Shown one piece after another: positions 51,424 to 63,079 of a DNA stretch of 64,000 nucleotides. The stretch lies in contig JARGFT010000002.1 of assembly GCA_029210645.1 (NCBI GenBank), positions 40,016 to 104,015 on the forward strand, read 5' to 3'. This stretch comes from Anaerosomatales bacterium. GTDB taxonomy: Bacteria > Actinomycetota > Coriobacteriia > Anaerosomatales > SLCP01. How positions within the stretch are numbered: the stretch's first letter is position 1; each line of letters starts with the position of its first letter. Position numbers and translations under genes: made by a program. Under the pieces are notes generated by a model. The model did no database searches. It was not told the origin of the DNA and saw only the letters and a program-made list of their open reading frames with translations.

Positions 51424-52343
51424 CAGGCGTCCTCGCCGCTTCGGGGCAGCCGCACGATCTGTATGGCTTCCCCGTCGCGTCTGACCGTCAGCCGGTCGCG
51501 CGCGATGCGATGGACCGCGGTCCTCAGGTTGCCGTAGAGGCGCTCCACGCCGCGGGGATCGATCCCCACACGCACCGCGCGGTCACCACCGGCCAGAACG
51601 TAACGCACGATCCTGGTCGCGGCGCCTCTCGGCGGCGGGAACGGAACGTCGATCTGCCGAGCGTTGTCGGCCCACTCTAACTGCTCGACCTCGGGCACCG
51701 GACCGCTCACGGGACACACCGGTGACACCTTGACCACCAGGACGACGGCCCGACGAATGGTCTGATCCACGCCCGGGTCCGAGCCACAGACCAACCTCAG
51801 CCTTACGTCCAGACCCCGCAGGGAGGCTCCCCTGGCGAGGTAGGCCCAGTCGAGCGAGCCGTCCTCATCGAGCAGCATGACGACCCGGTCGCGCACCCGG
51901 TGCTCGAGTTCGGTCAGCAGGCGCGAGAGGCCGAGTCCCCGCCGGGGAGTGAAGGTCACGACCGCGACGTCGTACGCCTCTTCGAGGGGAAGGTCCTCCA
52001 CCATGCCCTGATGTGTGGCTAGTTTGGGCGAGTCCGCGACGTCTGAAGCCAGGAGGAGCCGGAGCATGCCCGGGGAGGGCTCGAGCGCGGTGAGGCGCTC
52101 TACGCGCTGCAGCAGAGGTCGAGTCAGGAAGCCGGTCGCTGCTCCTACCTCGAGTATCTCGGACCCCTCGGGAACCTCCTCGAGAAGGGTCTCGAGGAGT
52201 TCGGGGAAGACCCTCTCCTGACCGAAGTCGATGTCGTAGTTGTCCGCGAATCGCTCGCGACGGGCGAGCGCCGTGTCGAGCGGCACCCCGTAGTCGTACG
52301 GGATGCGCAGTACCGGGCCTCTGTGTCGTGCGGGCTGCTGCAT
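51423..52343 (-). CDS. SAM-dependent methyltransferase-like protein with an uncharacterised C-terminal domain
   Basis: ILEVGAATGFLTRPLL (SAM motif I). The C-terminal roughly 130 aa have no motif I recognise. The start is uncertain (ATG 52343, or ATG 52397 overlapping eno). The stop overlaps the pyk ATG. Confidence 0.55.
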   Translation of the reverse strand: MQQPARHRGPVLRIPYDYGVPLDTALARRERFADNYDIDFGQERVFPELLETLLEEVPEGSEILEVGAATGFLTRPLLQRVERLTALEPSPGMLRLLLASDVADSPKLATHQGMVEDLPLEEAYDVAVVTFTPRRGLGLSRLLTELEHRVRDRVVMLLDEDGSLDWAYLARGASLRGLDVRLRLVCGSDPGVDQTIRRAVVLVVKVSPVCPVSGPVPEVEQLEWADNARQIDVPFPPPRGAATRIVRYVLAGGDRAVRVGIDPRGVERLYGNLRTAVHRIARDRLTVRRDGEAIQIVRLPRSGEDA

Positions 52344-52368
52344 ACGGGCTGCGTACTCCTCGGCGCCG

Positions 52369-54437
<2,069 letters not shown>

Positions 54438-54468
54438 GACATCCCCCCGCTCGGGCCCGGCTCTCGCG

Positions 54469-55470
54469 CTACTCCGCGGGAGCCTCTTCGGTCGCAGGGG
54501 TGTCCTCGGCCTCGGCTTCGGGAAGCTTCAGCTCGTCGATGAGTATCTCGATGTCGGCTGCCTCGCGGACCTCGGCAAGGAACTCCTGGTAGGCAGTGAT
54601 GTTGCGCTGCTGCAGGATCTGCTGCTCGATCTGTTCGCTGACTTCGTCGAGAGGCTTGGTACGCTGCTCGCGCGACTCGTCGACTTTGATGATGTGCCAG
54701 CCGTACTCGGTCTCTACCAGCTCGGAGATCTCCCCGACCTCCAGGGCTTCGAGGGCATCCTGGAACTCGGTCACGAACGGGCGGGCGGGATCGGACCAAC
54801 CGAGGTCCCCACCCTGTGCAGCCGAGCCGGGGTCCTTGGAGTGTTCCTTGGCGAGCTCGGCGAAGTCCCCGCCGTTGTTGACCTGAGCGAGAACGTCCTC
54901 GGCGGTAGCCTTGTCCTCGGGGTCGAACAGTATGTGCGAGGCCTTGACCGCTGCCTGCTCCTCGTACTGGGCCTTGTTCGCCTCGTAGTACTCCTCGATC
55001 TCCGCGTCGGTGACCTCATCGTCGCCGACGAGGTCCTCCATCAGCCGCTGAGTCGCGAGCTGATCGCGCAGCTGCTGCTTGAGGTCGTCCAGAGTCAGGT
55101 TGGCGTTGGCGAGCGCGGTGTCGAACTCTTCCTCGCTCGGGAAGCCAGCTTTCAGATCGGCGATCTGTGCGTCGATCTCCTCGTCCGTGACGCTGATACC
55201 GCGCTCGGCCGCCGCCTGGCGGATGAGCACGTTGTTGATCATGTTGTCGAGCAGCTGCCGCTTGAAGTCGACGAGGCGCGCCTCGCCCTCATCGCCCTCG
55301 AACATCTGGGGCGACTGCTCCATCAGGCGGTCGACCTGTGCTTCGAGCTCGGCCTTGCTGATCTCCTCGCCGTTGACGATAGCGGCGACATCGTTCGAAC
55401 CGCATCCGGCCACACCGACGGCGAGAGCGGCGGCGAGAGCGAGAGCGATCAAGGGACGAAACGTCCTCAT
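54469..55470 (-). CDS. PpiC/parvulin-type peptidyl-prolyl isomerase lipoprotein (PrsA/SurA-like)
   Basis: Lipoprotein signal MRTFRPLIALALAAALAVGVAGC. Parvulin core ASHILF...LAKEHSKDPGSAAQGGDLGW...YGWHIIKV. GGAGGA lies upstream of ATG 55470. Confidence 0.8.
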   Translation of the reverse strand: MRTFRPLIALALAAALAVGVAGCGSNDVAAIVNGEEISKAELEAQVDRLMEQSPQMFEGDEGEARLVDFKRQLLDNMINNVLIRQAAAERGISVTDEEIDAQIADLKAGFPSEEEFDTALANANLTLDDLKQQLRDQLATQRLMEDLVGDDEVTDAEIEEYYEANKAQYEEQAAVKASHILFDPEDKATAEDVLAQVNNGGDFAELAKEHSKDPGSAAQGGDLGWSDPARPFVTEFQDALEALEVGEISELVETEYGWHIIKVDESREQRTKPLDEVSEQIEQQILQQRNITAYQEFLAEVREAADIEILIDELKLPEAEAEDTPATEEAPAE

Positions 55471-55492
55471 CAGGTCCTCCAGGAGAAGTGGG

Positions 55493-58400
55493 TCAGGCGT
55501 CATCGGACCCGGCAAGTATAGCACCGAGCAGTGCGGCGGCAGAGTCTGTCACAGAAGCTCCATAGCCGAGCGGAAGGGCCACTGCGCGGTCCCGTTCGAG
55601 CGTGATCGCGCCGAGCGCCGCCAGTGCACCGCGTGCCCGTTCCGAGGGAGAGATCGGAGAGATCGTCAGGCGGCGGCGCACCACGGAGACCGAGCGGACG
55701 CCCGCCTCGGCAGCGAGCGCCCGGATGCGCGCGATGTCGACGAGATTGCGTGCCGGCTCGGGCAGCGCTCCGTGTGCGTCCGCGAGCTCGCGTGCGACCT
55801 GCTCGACGCGCTCTACCGTGGGCGCGCCGGCAAGGCGGCGGTAGGTGCGCACCCGCTCGTCGGTCGCCCCGACGTACTCCTCGGGCAGGAAGGCGGGCAC
55901 CGGCAGGTCGACCTTGATCTCGGGGTGTGCGACAACCGGCTCTCCCCGCACCTCGGCGACGGCCTGGCGGATCATCTCGGCGTACAGGTCGAACCCGACC
56001 GCGCTCATCGAGCCGTGTTGCTCGGCACCGAGAAGCGACCCCGCACCCCGGATCTCCAGGTCGCGCATGGCGACCTTGATGCCGCTGCCCAGATCGGAGT
56101 GGTCGCGGATCGCGACGAGCCGCTCGGTGGCCTGCTCGGTGAGCGAGGCGCCCCGCGGGAAGAGGAAGTACGCGTAGGCCTTGACGTGACTCCGGCCGAC
56201 GCGTCCCTTGAGCTGGTAGAGCTGCGCGAGGCCGAGGCGCTGCGAGTCCTCGATGATCAGCGTGTTGGAGTGAGGGTTGTCGATGCCGCTCTCCACGATC
56301 GTCGTCGCCACCAGGACGTCGATCTCGTTGGCCGCGAAGCGCTCCATCACGCGCTCGAGCTCGCGCTCGGACATCTGTCCGTGCGCCACCCCCACGCGCG
56401 CCTCGGGCGCCGCCTCGGTCACCCGGGCGACGGCTTCATCGATCGACTTCACGCGGTTGGAGACGAAGTAGACCTGCCCTCCCCGCTGCACTTCGCGCCG
56501 GATGGCCCCGGACACGACGTCGGGGTCGTACTCGCCGACGTGCACGTGGACCGGAAAGCGGTTGGGGGGCGGCGTGTCGATGACGCTCATGTCACGCACG
56601 CCCGACAGCGACATCTGCAGCGTCCGCGGGATGGGCGTGGCGGTCATCGTGAGCACGTCGATCTGCTCGCGCAAGTTCTTGAGGTGCTCCTTGTGCTCAA
56701 CCCCGAAGCGCTGCTCCTCGTCGATGACCACGAGCCCGAGGTCCTTCGGAGCCACGTCCGCCGAGAGCAGACGGTGCGTGCCGATGAGGACATCGACCTC
56801 GCCGGACGCGAATCCCTCGAGAGCCGCCTTCTGCTGGGAGGGCGAGCGGAAGCGCGAGAGCACCTCGACCCGGACGGGAAACGCGGCGAAGCGCTCGGAG
56901 AACGTCGTGAAGTGCTGCTGGGCGAGGATGGTCGTCGGACAGAGGACGAGCACCTGCTTGCCGTCGTGCGTGGCTTTGAACGCGGCGCGGATAGCGACCT
57001 CGGTCTTACCGTAGCCGACGTCTCCGCAGATGAGGCGGTCCATCGGCTTCTCGGACTCCATGTCGGCCTTCACGTCGGCGATGGCGGCGAGCTGGTCCGG
57101 CGTCTCCAGATACGGGAACGCCGCCTCCATCTCCAGCTGCCAGGGCGTGTCGGACCCGAAAGCGTGGCCCGCGACCGACGCACGACGCGCGTACAGGTCC
57201 ACAAGATCGAAGGCGAGCTTGCGGGCAGCGGCGCGCGCCTTGCCGGTGGCACGCGACCAGTCGGCGGTGTTCAGACGCGTGACGCGGGGCGCCGAGCCGT
57301 CCGACCCGACGTACTTGGTGACCCGGTCGATCTGCTCGACCGGGACGTAGAGCTTGTCGCCCTTCGCGTACTCGAGCACGAGGTACTCTCGCTCCGCACC
57401 GAGCACCACCCTGCGCTCCAGTGCCTTGAATAGTGCGATTCCGTGCGTGGCGTGCACGACGTAGTCGCCCGGCGCGAAGCCGAAGGTGATCCGGGTGGAG
57501 TCGACCTCCCGCGCCGCGCGCCGGGCGGCAGCCGAGCGCGGGTACACGTCGTCGATGCTCACGATCGCGAAGCGGGCAGCGGGGACGACGTATCCGGCGG
57601 GCACCTCGACGTCGGTGAGGTTCACCACACCGGAACGCAGGCGCGCCGATCCCGCGGCCCCGGGATCGTCGGCCGTCCGCTCGCGGGCCTCGGCGACCAG
57701 ATCGACCACGGGGATGCCTTCGTCGACGAGACGCTCGGCGACGCGGTTCCTCACGCGGCGCTCGGGCACGGCGAGCGCGACCCCGTAGTCGACCGAGAGC
57801 AGAGCGCGCACGCCTGCGATGAAGCGCTCCTCGCCGCCCGCGACCTCGGGACTGCGCGCGACGAGCTCGTCGTCGACCACGCCTCCGGCACGCAGGAGCG
57901 CCAGCAGGGTCAGCCGCTGGCGGCCACCGAGCTCGATGCGTGCGGCCGGCAGGATGAGCCCGTCTGCGGAGACACCGGCGTGTTCTGCCTGGGCGAGGAG
58001 CTCCTCCGACCGACGCGTGGCGTCGTCGAAGAGCGAGCGCGGCTCGGCCACGACCACGAGGGTCTCGGCGGCCAGATAGTCGGTGAGCACACCCGCCTGC
58101 TTGTAGAAGAACGGCAGGTAACGCTCGATGCCGTTGAAGTAGATGCCCTGATCCATCAGCTCGAAATGGTGCGCGATCTCGGGCTCCCGGAGCGCCCGGT
58201 CGCGCAGTGCTGTCCGCGCGGCCGCGACCGAGCGGGAACCGAGCACCACCTCGCGGCACCCGAAGACCTCGGTGGGCCCGGCGTCGCCGATGCTCTGTCC
58301 CGTACTGGGAACGTAGCGGCGCAGGGTCTCGATCTCATCGCCGAAGAGTTCGGCCCTGACCGGGTGCGTACCGTCCGAGGGGAAGACGTCGAGCACCCCA

Positions 58401-58936
58401 CCGCGAACGGCGAACGACCCGCGTGCCTCGGCGGTCTCGACGCGCTCGTACCCCATGCGTGCGAGCCGGGCGATCGTCTCCTCCAGGTCGAGCGTGGCGC
58501 CGACCGTAAGCGTGAGCGGTTCGAAAACGTGCGAGCCCTGGGGCGGAAGGGCGCGCAGCAGGGCCCGTGTCGAGGAGATGACGATCGCGGGGCGGCCGGA
58601 GGAGAGCGCGTGGAGCGCGCGGGCGCGGGCACCGACCTCCTCGAGGTCGGGAGCTTCATCAGACCACGGGGAGTCGGTGCGCTCCGGGAAGTGAAGGACC
58701 TCGCCGGGCCGCAGGTAGGCGGCGGCCTGTCGGGCGAAGCGCTCGGCGGTCGCCTCTCCGGCCACCACCACCAACATCGGCCGGGGCCTCCCGGCGAAGA
58801 GCGCGGAGGTCAGCACCGGCCGTACCAGGCCCGGAGCGGCCAACGTGAAGTCCGCTCCCGCCGCCAGTGCGTCACGGGTCGCGATGAAGGGCTCGGCAGT
58901 GCCCAGAGCGGCACTCACGGCGTCGAGCAGGCGCAT
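55493..58936 (-). CDS. mfd: transcription-repair coupling factor Mfd
   Basis: CGDVGYGKTEVA (helicase motif I), DEEQRFGV, and CarD/TRCF-like domains. ATG 58936 is preceded by GAGGAG; the track start is a TTG 15 nt upstream. Confidence 0.95.
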   Translation of the reverse strand: MRLLDAVSAALGTAEPFIATRDALAAGADFTLAAPGLVRPVLTSALFAGRPRPMLVVVAGEATAERFARQAAAYLRPGEVLHFPERTDSPWSDEAPDLEEVGARARALHALSSGRPAIVISSTRALLRALPPQGSHVFEPLTLTVGATLDLEETIARLARMGYERVETAEARGSFAVRGGVLDVFPSDGTHPVRAELFGDEIETLRRYVPSTGQSIGDAGPTEVFGCREVVLGSRSVAAARTALRDRALREPEIAHHFELMDQGIYFNGIERYLPFFYKQAGVLTDYLAAETLVVVAEPRSLFDDATRRSEELLAQAEHAGVSADGLILPAARIELGGRQRLTLLALLRAGGVVDDELVARSPEVAGGEERFIAGVRALLSVDYGVALAVPERRVRNRVAERLVDEGIPVVDLVAEARERTADDPGAAGSARLRSGVVNLTDVEVPAGYVVPAARFAIVSIDDVYPRSAAARRAAREVDSTRITFGFAPGDYVVHATHGIALFKALERRVVLGAEREYLVLEYAKGDKLYVPVEQIDRVTKYVGSDGSAPRVTRLNTADWSRATGKARAAARKLAFDLVDLYARRASVAGHAFGSDTPWQLEMEAAFPYLETPDQLAAIADVKADMESEKPMDRLICGDVGYGKTEVAIRAAFKATHDGKQVLVLCPTTILAQQHFTTFSERFAAFPVRVEVLSRFRSPSQQKAALEGFASGEVDVLIGTHRLLSADVAPKDLGLVVIDEEQRFGVEHKEHLKNLREQIDVLTMTATPIPRTLQMSLSGVRDMSVIDTPPPNRFPVHVHVGEYDPDVVSGAIRREVQRGGQVYFVSNRVKSIDEAVARVTEAAPEARVGVAHGQMSERELERVMERFAANEIDVLVATTIVESGIDNPHSNTLIIEDSQRLGLAQLYQLKGRVGRSHVKAYAYFLFPRGASLTEQATERLVAIRDHSDLGSGIKVAMRDLEIRGAGSLLGAEQHGSMSAVGFDLYAEMIRQAVAEVRGEPVVAHPEIKVDLPVPAFLPEEYVGATDERVRTYRRLAGAPTVERVEQVARELADAHGALPEPARNLVDIARIRALAAEAGVRSVSVVRRRLTISPISPSERARGALAALGAITLERDRAVALPLGYGASVTDSAAALLGAILAGSDDA

Positions 58937-59099
58937 GGGACTCCTCGGCAAACAGATTAGGACACGGCAGAAGCCCGCAACCGGAGTCCGGCGCGGGGCT
59001 CACCGAGGGTATCGCCGCAGCAACACGGGGTCAAGCGCGCGGGCGTCGGGTACTATCTCGGTGCAGGAGTGGCCCATCGACAGACACGCGGGAGGCGGG

Positions 59100-59756
59100 A
59101 TGGAGCGGGCGCAACGCGCACGGGTGATCATGGACCGGCTGGCCGAGCTCTACCCGGACGCCCACATCATGCTGGACTACGACACGCCGTATCACCTGCT
59201 GATCGCCGTCATCCTCTCGGCTCAGACGACGGATATCGGCGTCAACAAGGTCACCCCGCTGCTCTTCGAGCGCTTCCCGGAACCCGGGGACCTTGCCGGG
59301 GCCGACCCCGCCGAGGTCGAGGAGATCATCCGGCCCACCGGCTTCTTCCGGAACAAGACCAAGCTGATCATGGGTGCGGCGCGCATGATCCTCACCGAGT
59401 ACGACGGCGAGGTGCCCGACACGATGGAGGGGCTCATCAGCCTGCCGGGCGTGGCACGAAAGACGGCGAACATCGTCATCAGCAACGCATTCGGCAAGGT
59501 CGAGGGCATCGCGGTCGACACGCACGTCTTCCGTCTCGCCCACCGGTTCGGGCTATCGGAGCACAAGGACCCCGACAAGGTCGAGCGCGACCTGATGGGG
59601 GTCTTCCCCCATGACGAGTGGTTCCACGTGAACTACCGCTTCATCGATCACGGGCGTGCGATCTGCACCGCGAAGCGGCCTGCGTGTGGAGTGTGCACGC
59701 TCAACGACGTCTGTCCGGGAGCGTTCACCGTGCAGGGTTGGCGCGAGAGTCTCTAG
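59100..59756 (+). CDS. nth: endonuclease III
   Basis: LIAVILSAQTTD, HhH motif LPGVARKTANIV, FeS loop CTAKRPACGVCTLNDVC. GGGAGG lies upstream of ATG 59100. Confidence 0.95.
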   Translation: MERAQRARVIMDRLAELYPDAHIMLDYDTPYHLLIAVILSAQTTDIGVNKVTPLLFERFPEPGDLAGADPAEVEEIIRPTGFFRNKTKLIMGAARMILTEYDGEVPDTMEGLISLPGVARKTANIVISNAFGKVEGIAVDTHVFRLAHRFGLSEHKDPDKVERDLMGVFPHDEWFHVNYRFIDHGRAICTAKRPACGVCTLNDVCPGAFTVQGWRESL

Positions 59757-60175
59757 CTCCCGTAGCCGAGGATGAAGAGCGTGATCCACACGCCCATGCC
59801 GACGATTGTGACACCGCCGGCGATCCCCCAGAGGCGCTGGCGGCGTGCGAACCGCTCGGGGCTCACCCGGCCCGCCATGCGGTACCACGCGATGCGATTC
59901 GCGTTTGCCGCGTAGAGCGCCTGGGCACCGATCGTGACGCCTGCCAGGACTGCGCCGGCCACCGTGCTCCAGATGCCGAACGGCTGCGGACCGCGCAGCA
60001 CGTTGTCGATGAACACCCACAGCGCCAGGAAGAAGACACCGGGCCACTGGCCGTTGGCCACACCCCAGATCGGCGGGATAAGGAACGCGCCCCAGTTGAA
60101 GCGCCCGATGGGCGGCGGCGGATCGGCGAAGACAGCGTCGAGGCCGGCGTCCGGTGTCCGGGGGGCGTCGCTCAC
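59753..60175 (-). CDS. small integral membrane protein, unknown function
   Basis: 140 aa with three hydrophobic helices (FLIPPIWGV..., WSTVAGAVLAGVTIGAQALY, IAGGVTIVGMGVWITLFILGY). The GTG start overlaps the upstream stop. Confidence 0.5.
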   Translation of the reverse strand: MSDAPRTPDAGLDAVFADPPPPIGRFNWGAFLIPPIWGVANGQWPGVFFLALWVFIDNVLRGPQPFGIWSTVAGAVLAGVTIGAQALYAANANRIAWYRMAGRVSPERFARRQRLWGIAGGVTIVGMGVWITLFILGYGS

Positions 60176-60927
60176 GTCAGGACGCCCACCAGCACCGCGC
60201 CCACGAGGATGGCGGGCAGCATGTTGCCCACCGGCAGCCGCTTGATACCCGCGAGGTCGAGGCCGATCGCGAAGATCAGCGCTCCTCCGACGGCCTGGAT
60301 CGAGTTGATGACCTCAGGAGTCATGAACGCCTCGACCGAGTGTGCCCCGGCGGCGATACCGCCCTGGATGATGATGATCGGGATAACCGAGAGACCGACG
60401 CCCGCCCCGAGCGTGGTGGCGAGCGCTATCGACGCGATGCCGTCCAACAACGCCTTGAGGTAGAGCAACGACGGATCGCCGAGCCCGTCCTGGATAGACC
60501 CGAGAATCGTCATCGCACCCACACAGAAGAGCAGCGACGCGGTCACGAACCCCTCAACGAGCGTGTGGCCCTTCTCACCCGGCTGATCTGCCCGGCCCGG
60601 AGCAAGCACCGGCGCGCGGTAGGCGAGCTTCTGTAGTGTCTGTCCGAAGCGCTCCAGCCAGTACTCGATGCGCAGGCCCTCGCCCGCGAGCGACCCGAGC
60701 ACGAGGGAGCCCACCAGCACGAGGGAGGCGTACGCTCCGAGTTCGCTCGCGGAAAGATCGGCCAACCCCCCGAGGCTCATGCTCGCACCGATGACCATGG
60801 TCGCCAGGCCGATGCCGGCGAAGGCGATGAGCCTGAACCGCTCGGCGATCAGCCGGCCGAAGAGCAGGCCCACGGCCGTGCCCGCAAGCACCGCAACGAC
60901 GTTCACGATCACACCAAGACCCGGCAT
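60172..60927 (-). CDS. DUF554-family membrane protein
   Basis: MPGLGVIVNVVAVLAGTAVGLLFG..., polytopic, 251 aa. The upstream 71 codons of the track ORF were rejected. Confidence 0.7.
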   Translation of the reverse strand: MPGLGVIVNVVAVLAGTAVGLLFGRLIAERFRLIAFAGIGLATMVIGASMSLGGLADLSASELGAYASLVLVGSLVLGSLAGEGLRIEYWLERFGQTLQKLAYRAPVLAPGRADQPGEKGHTLVEGFVTASLLFCVGAMTILGSIQDGLGDPSLLYLKALLDGIASIALATTLGAGVGLSVIPIIIIQGGIAAGAHSVEAFMTPEVINSIQAVGGALIFAIGLDLAGIKRLPVGNMLPAILVGAVLVGVLT

Positions 60928-60928
60928 C

Positions 60929-61429
60929 CTACCCCTCGTCCTCCTCGTCGAGCCACAACTTCTCGAGCTCCCTGGTGATGCCTCTGCCCCCGGGCGGCAC
61001 TCCGAGCGAGCCTGCGTCGAGTGCGCGACGACGGCGACGCTTCCGGTCTCCCCTGCCGGCCGCCTCGAACACGACCTCACGCCCGCGCACCTCGACACCA
61101 CGGGACGCCGCCGCGCGCACGCGGGCGGCAAGTGCCGCATCGGAGCTTACCAGGCAGACCTTCTCCTGCGCTCCGGTCGCGAGGCGAACCACGAGATCGT
61201 CGGCCTGCTCGCCCCGCGAGAATCGCACGTCGACCGGAGCGAGGGTAGCCGCTGTGATGCCCGTGCCTTGGGCGCCGTCGAACACCACGACGATGCGCCC
61301 GGCCCCGAGCAGCTGCCCGCCCCGTGCACGGAGCCGGGCGACGAGCCGATCTCGCTGCTCGTCGATCTCCAGCAATCTCGTCGCCGGATCGGCCAGCGTC
61401 ACGTTGTATCCGTCAACCAGAAAGAGCAT
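60929..61429 (-). CDS. NYN/PIN-like (YacP-type) domain protein
   Basis: MLFLVDGYNV...VVFDG...ADDLV...VSSDAAL, the acidic-residue pattern of NYN nucleases. Confidence 0.68.
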   Translation of the reverse strand: MLFLVDGYNVTLADPATRLLEIDEQRDRLVARLRARGGQLLGAGRIVVVFDGAQGTGITAATLAPVDVRFSRGEQADDLVVRLATGAQEKVCLVSSDAALAARVRAAASRGVEVRGREVVFEAAGRGDRKRRRRRALDAGSLGVPPGGRGITRELEKLWLDEEDEG

Positions 61430-61478
61430 ACGGGCATGGTACGCCAGACTCACCGGATGCGTCCGCGCCCGGCTTCGT

Positions 61479-61706
61479 TCACGCGTCCCGCCGCTGCTCC
61501 ACACCCTCGATGCGCTCCTTCACACTCAGGAGCCACGATGCCACCGGAGCACCGTCCTCGCCGAGCAGCTCGAAGTACTGGACCGCGCATCCGTTGACCG
61601 GCGCCGCAAGGTCCAGGTGGTCGACGACGCGCCAGTACACGCAGCGCTCCTCGTCACAGTGGGCGAACACGCCGTTGGCGGCCTTCAGCTTGCAACTCTT
61701 GCTCAC
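61479..61706 (-). CDS. small Cys-containing hypothetical protein (75 aa)
   Basis: GTG 61706 is preceded by GAGAGAGG. VSKSCKLKAANGVFAHCDEERCVYWRVVDHL...NGCAVQYFE. The 160-aa track ORF extension is Arg/Pro-rich and was rejected. Confidence 0.38.
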   Translation of the reverse strand: MSKSCKLKAANGVFAHCDEERCVYWRVVDHLDLAAPVNGCAVQYFELLGEDGAPVASWLLSVKERIEGVEQRRDA

Positions 61707-61798
61707 GAGGGGACCTCTCTCGCTCCCGGGTGGCGCCGATTGTACATGCCTCAGGCCTACTTCGGGAAGGAACCGGATAGAGACTACCACCCGAAAGG

Positions 61799-63058
61799 AT
61801 GAGAAGCATGGCGGGCGTGGGCAGTATGCTGCGAGCGGTGCTGGTTGTCGTCGTGGTGTCCGCGCTCGCAGCTGGCTGCGCGCGAGGTGCAGATCCCGTC
61901 GTGGTCGACCAGCAGCCGCAGCCGCTCCCCGCCGAGCCCACCACCACGCCGGAGCCCGCACCCGACCTGGCCGGGCTCGAGATCGCGTTCGAGCCGGTAG
62001 CAGAGGGTTTCTCGCAGCCGCTGCTCGTGCTTGGCGCCGGCGACAGTTCGGGACGGCTCTTCGTCGCCGAGAAGGGGGGCTTGCTCCAGATCATCCGCGA
62101 TGGTGAGGTCGCCCCGGAGCCCTACCTCGATCTGACCGACTCGGTGAGCACCGAATCCGAGCGGGGGCTCCTCGGCGTGGCGTTCCCCCCGGACTTCGCG
62201 GGGCACGGGCGCTTCTACGTGAGCTACACGGACTCCGGCGGGTCGAGCGTTATCTCGCGCTTCCTCGCGAGCGGCAACGTCGCCGACCGGAGCAGCGAGC
62301 AGAAGCTGCTGCGCGTAACCCAGCCGTACGCCAACCACAACGGCGGTCACATCGTATTCGGCCCCGACGGCTATCTCTACACGAGCCTGGGTGACGGCGG
62401 CTCCGGTGGCGACCCGATGGGCAACGGGCAGGACCTCCCCACGCCTCTCGGGGCGATGCTCCGTCTCGACGTCGGCGAAGCCCCCGGGCGCAGCACCGAG
62501 ACCGACGGGAACGGCTACACGGTCCCGGCCGACAACCCGTTTGCCGACGGGGAGGAAGGCCTACCGGAGATCTGGTCGTACGGTCTGCGTAACCCGTGGC
62601 GCTTCTCCTTCGACAGAGAGAGCGGCGACCTGTGGATCGGAGACGTGGGCCAGAACGCGGTGGAGGAGATCAACTTCCAGCCGGCGAGCAGCCGCGGCGG
62701 CGAGAACTGGGGATGGAACCTCTTCGAGGGAACCTCCGCGTACCCGGAGGGCCGGACGGTGACCGAGGACCAGAACGACTTCGCGTGGCCCATCGTCGAG
62801 TACCGCCACCCCATCGGCCGTTCGGTGACCGGCGGGTACGTCTACCGGGGTGCGGAGTTCCCGCAGATGGTGGGCGTCTACCTCTACGGCGACTACGTGA
62901 CCGGGCGTGTCTGGGGTCTCGTGCGCTCGGCGAACGGGGCCGAGAACCGCGAACTCGCGGAGACCGACATGCAGGTGGTCTCGTTCGGCGAGGACGACGA
63001 GGGCGAGCTGTACGTGGTCGACTTCGGTGGCACTGTCTACCGGATCGTGGCGCGGTAG
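61799..63058 (+). CDS. PQQ-dependent soluble sugar dehydrogenase (sorbosone/aldose dehydrogenase family) lipoprotein
   Basis: Lipobox SALAAGC. Beta-propeller blocks NHNGGHIVFGPDGYLYTSLGDGG, GLRNPWRFSFD, LWIGDVGQNAVEEIN, NWGWN. Confidence 0.8.
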   Translation: MRSMAGVGSMLRAVLVVVVVSALAAGCARGADPVVVDQQPQPLPAEPTTTPEPAPDLAGLEIAFEPVAEGFSQPLLVLGAGDSSGRLFVAEKGGLLQIIRDGEVAPEPYLDLTDSVSTESERGLLGVAFPPDFAGHGRFYVSYTDSGGSSVISRFLASGNVADRSSEQKLLRVTQPYANHNGGHIVFGPDGYLYTSLGDGGSGGDPMGNGQDLPTPLGAMLRLDVGEAPGRSTETDGNGYTVPADNPFADGEEGLPEIWSYGLRNPWRFSFDRESGDLWIGDVGQNAVEEINFQPASSRGGENWGWNLFEGTSAYPEGRTVTEDQNDFAWPIVEYRHPIGRSVTGGYVYRGAEFPQMVGVYLYGDYVTGRVWGLVRSANGAENRELAETDMQVVSFGEDDEGELYVVDFGGTVYRIVAR

Positions 63059-63079
63059 CGCAGCTACCGGAGGGACGCC

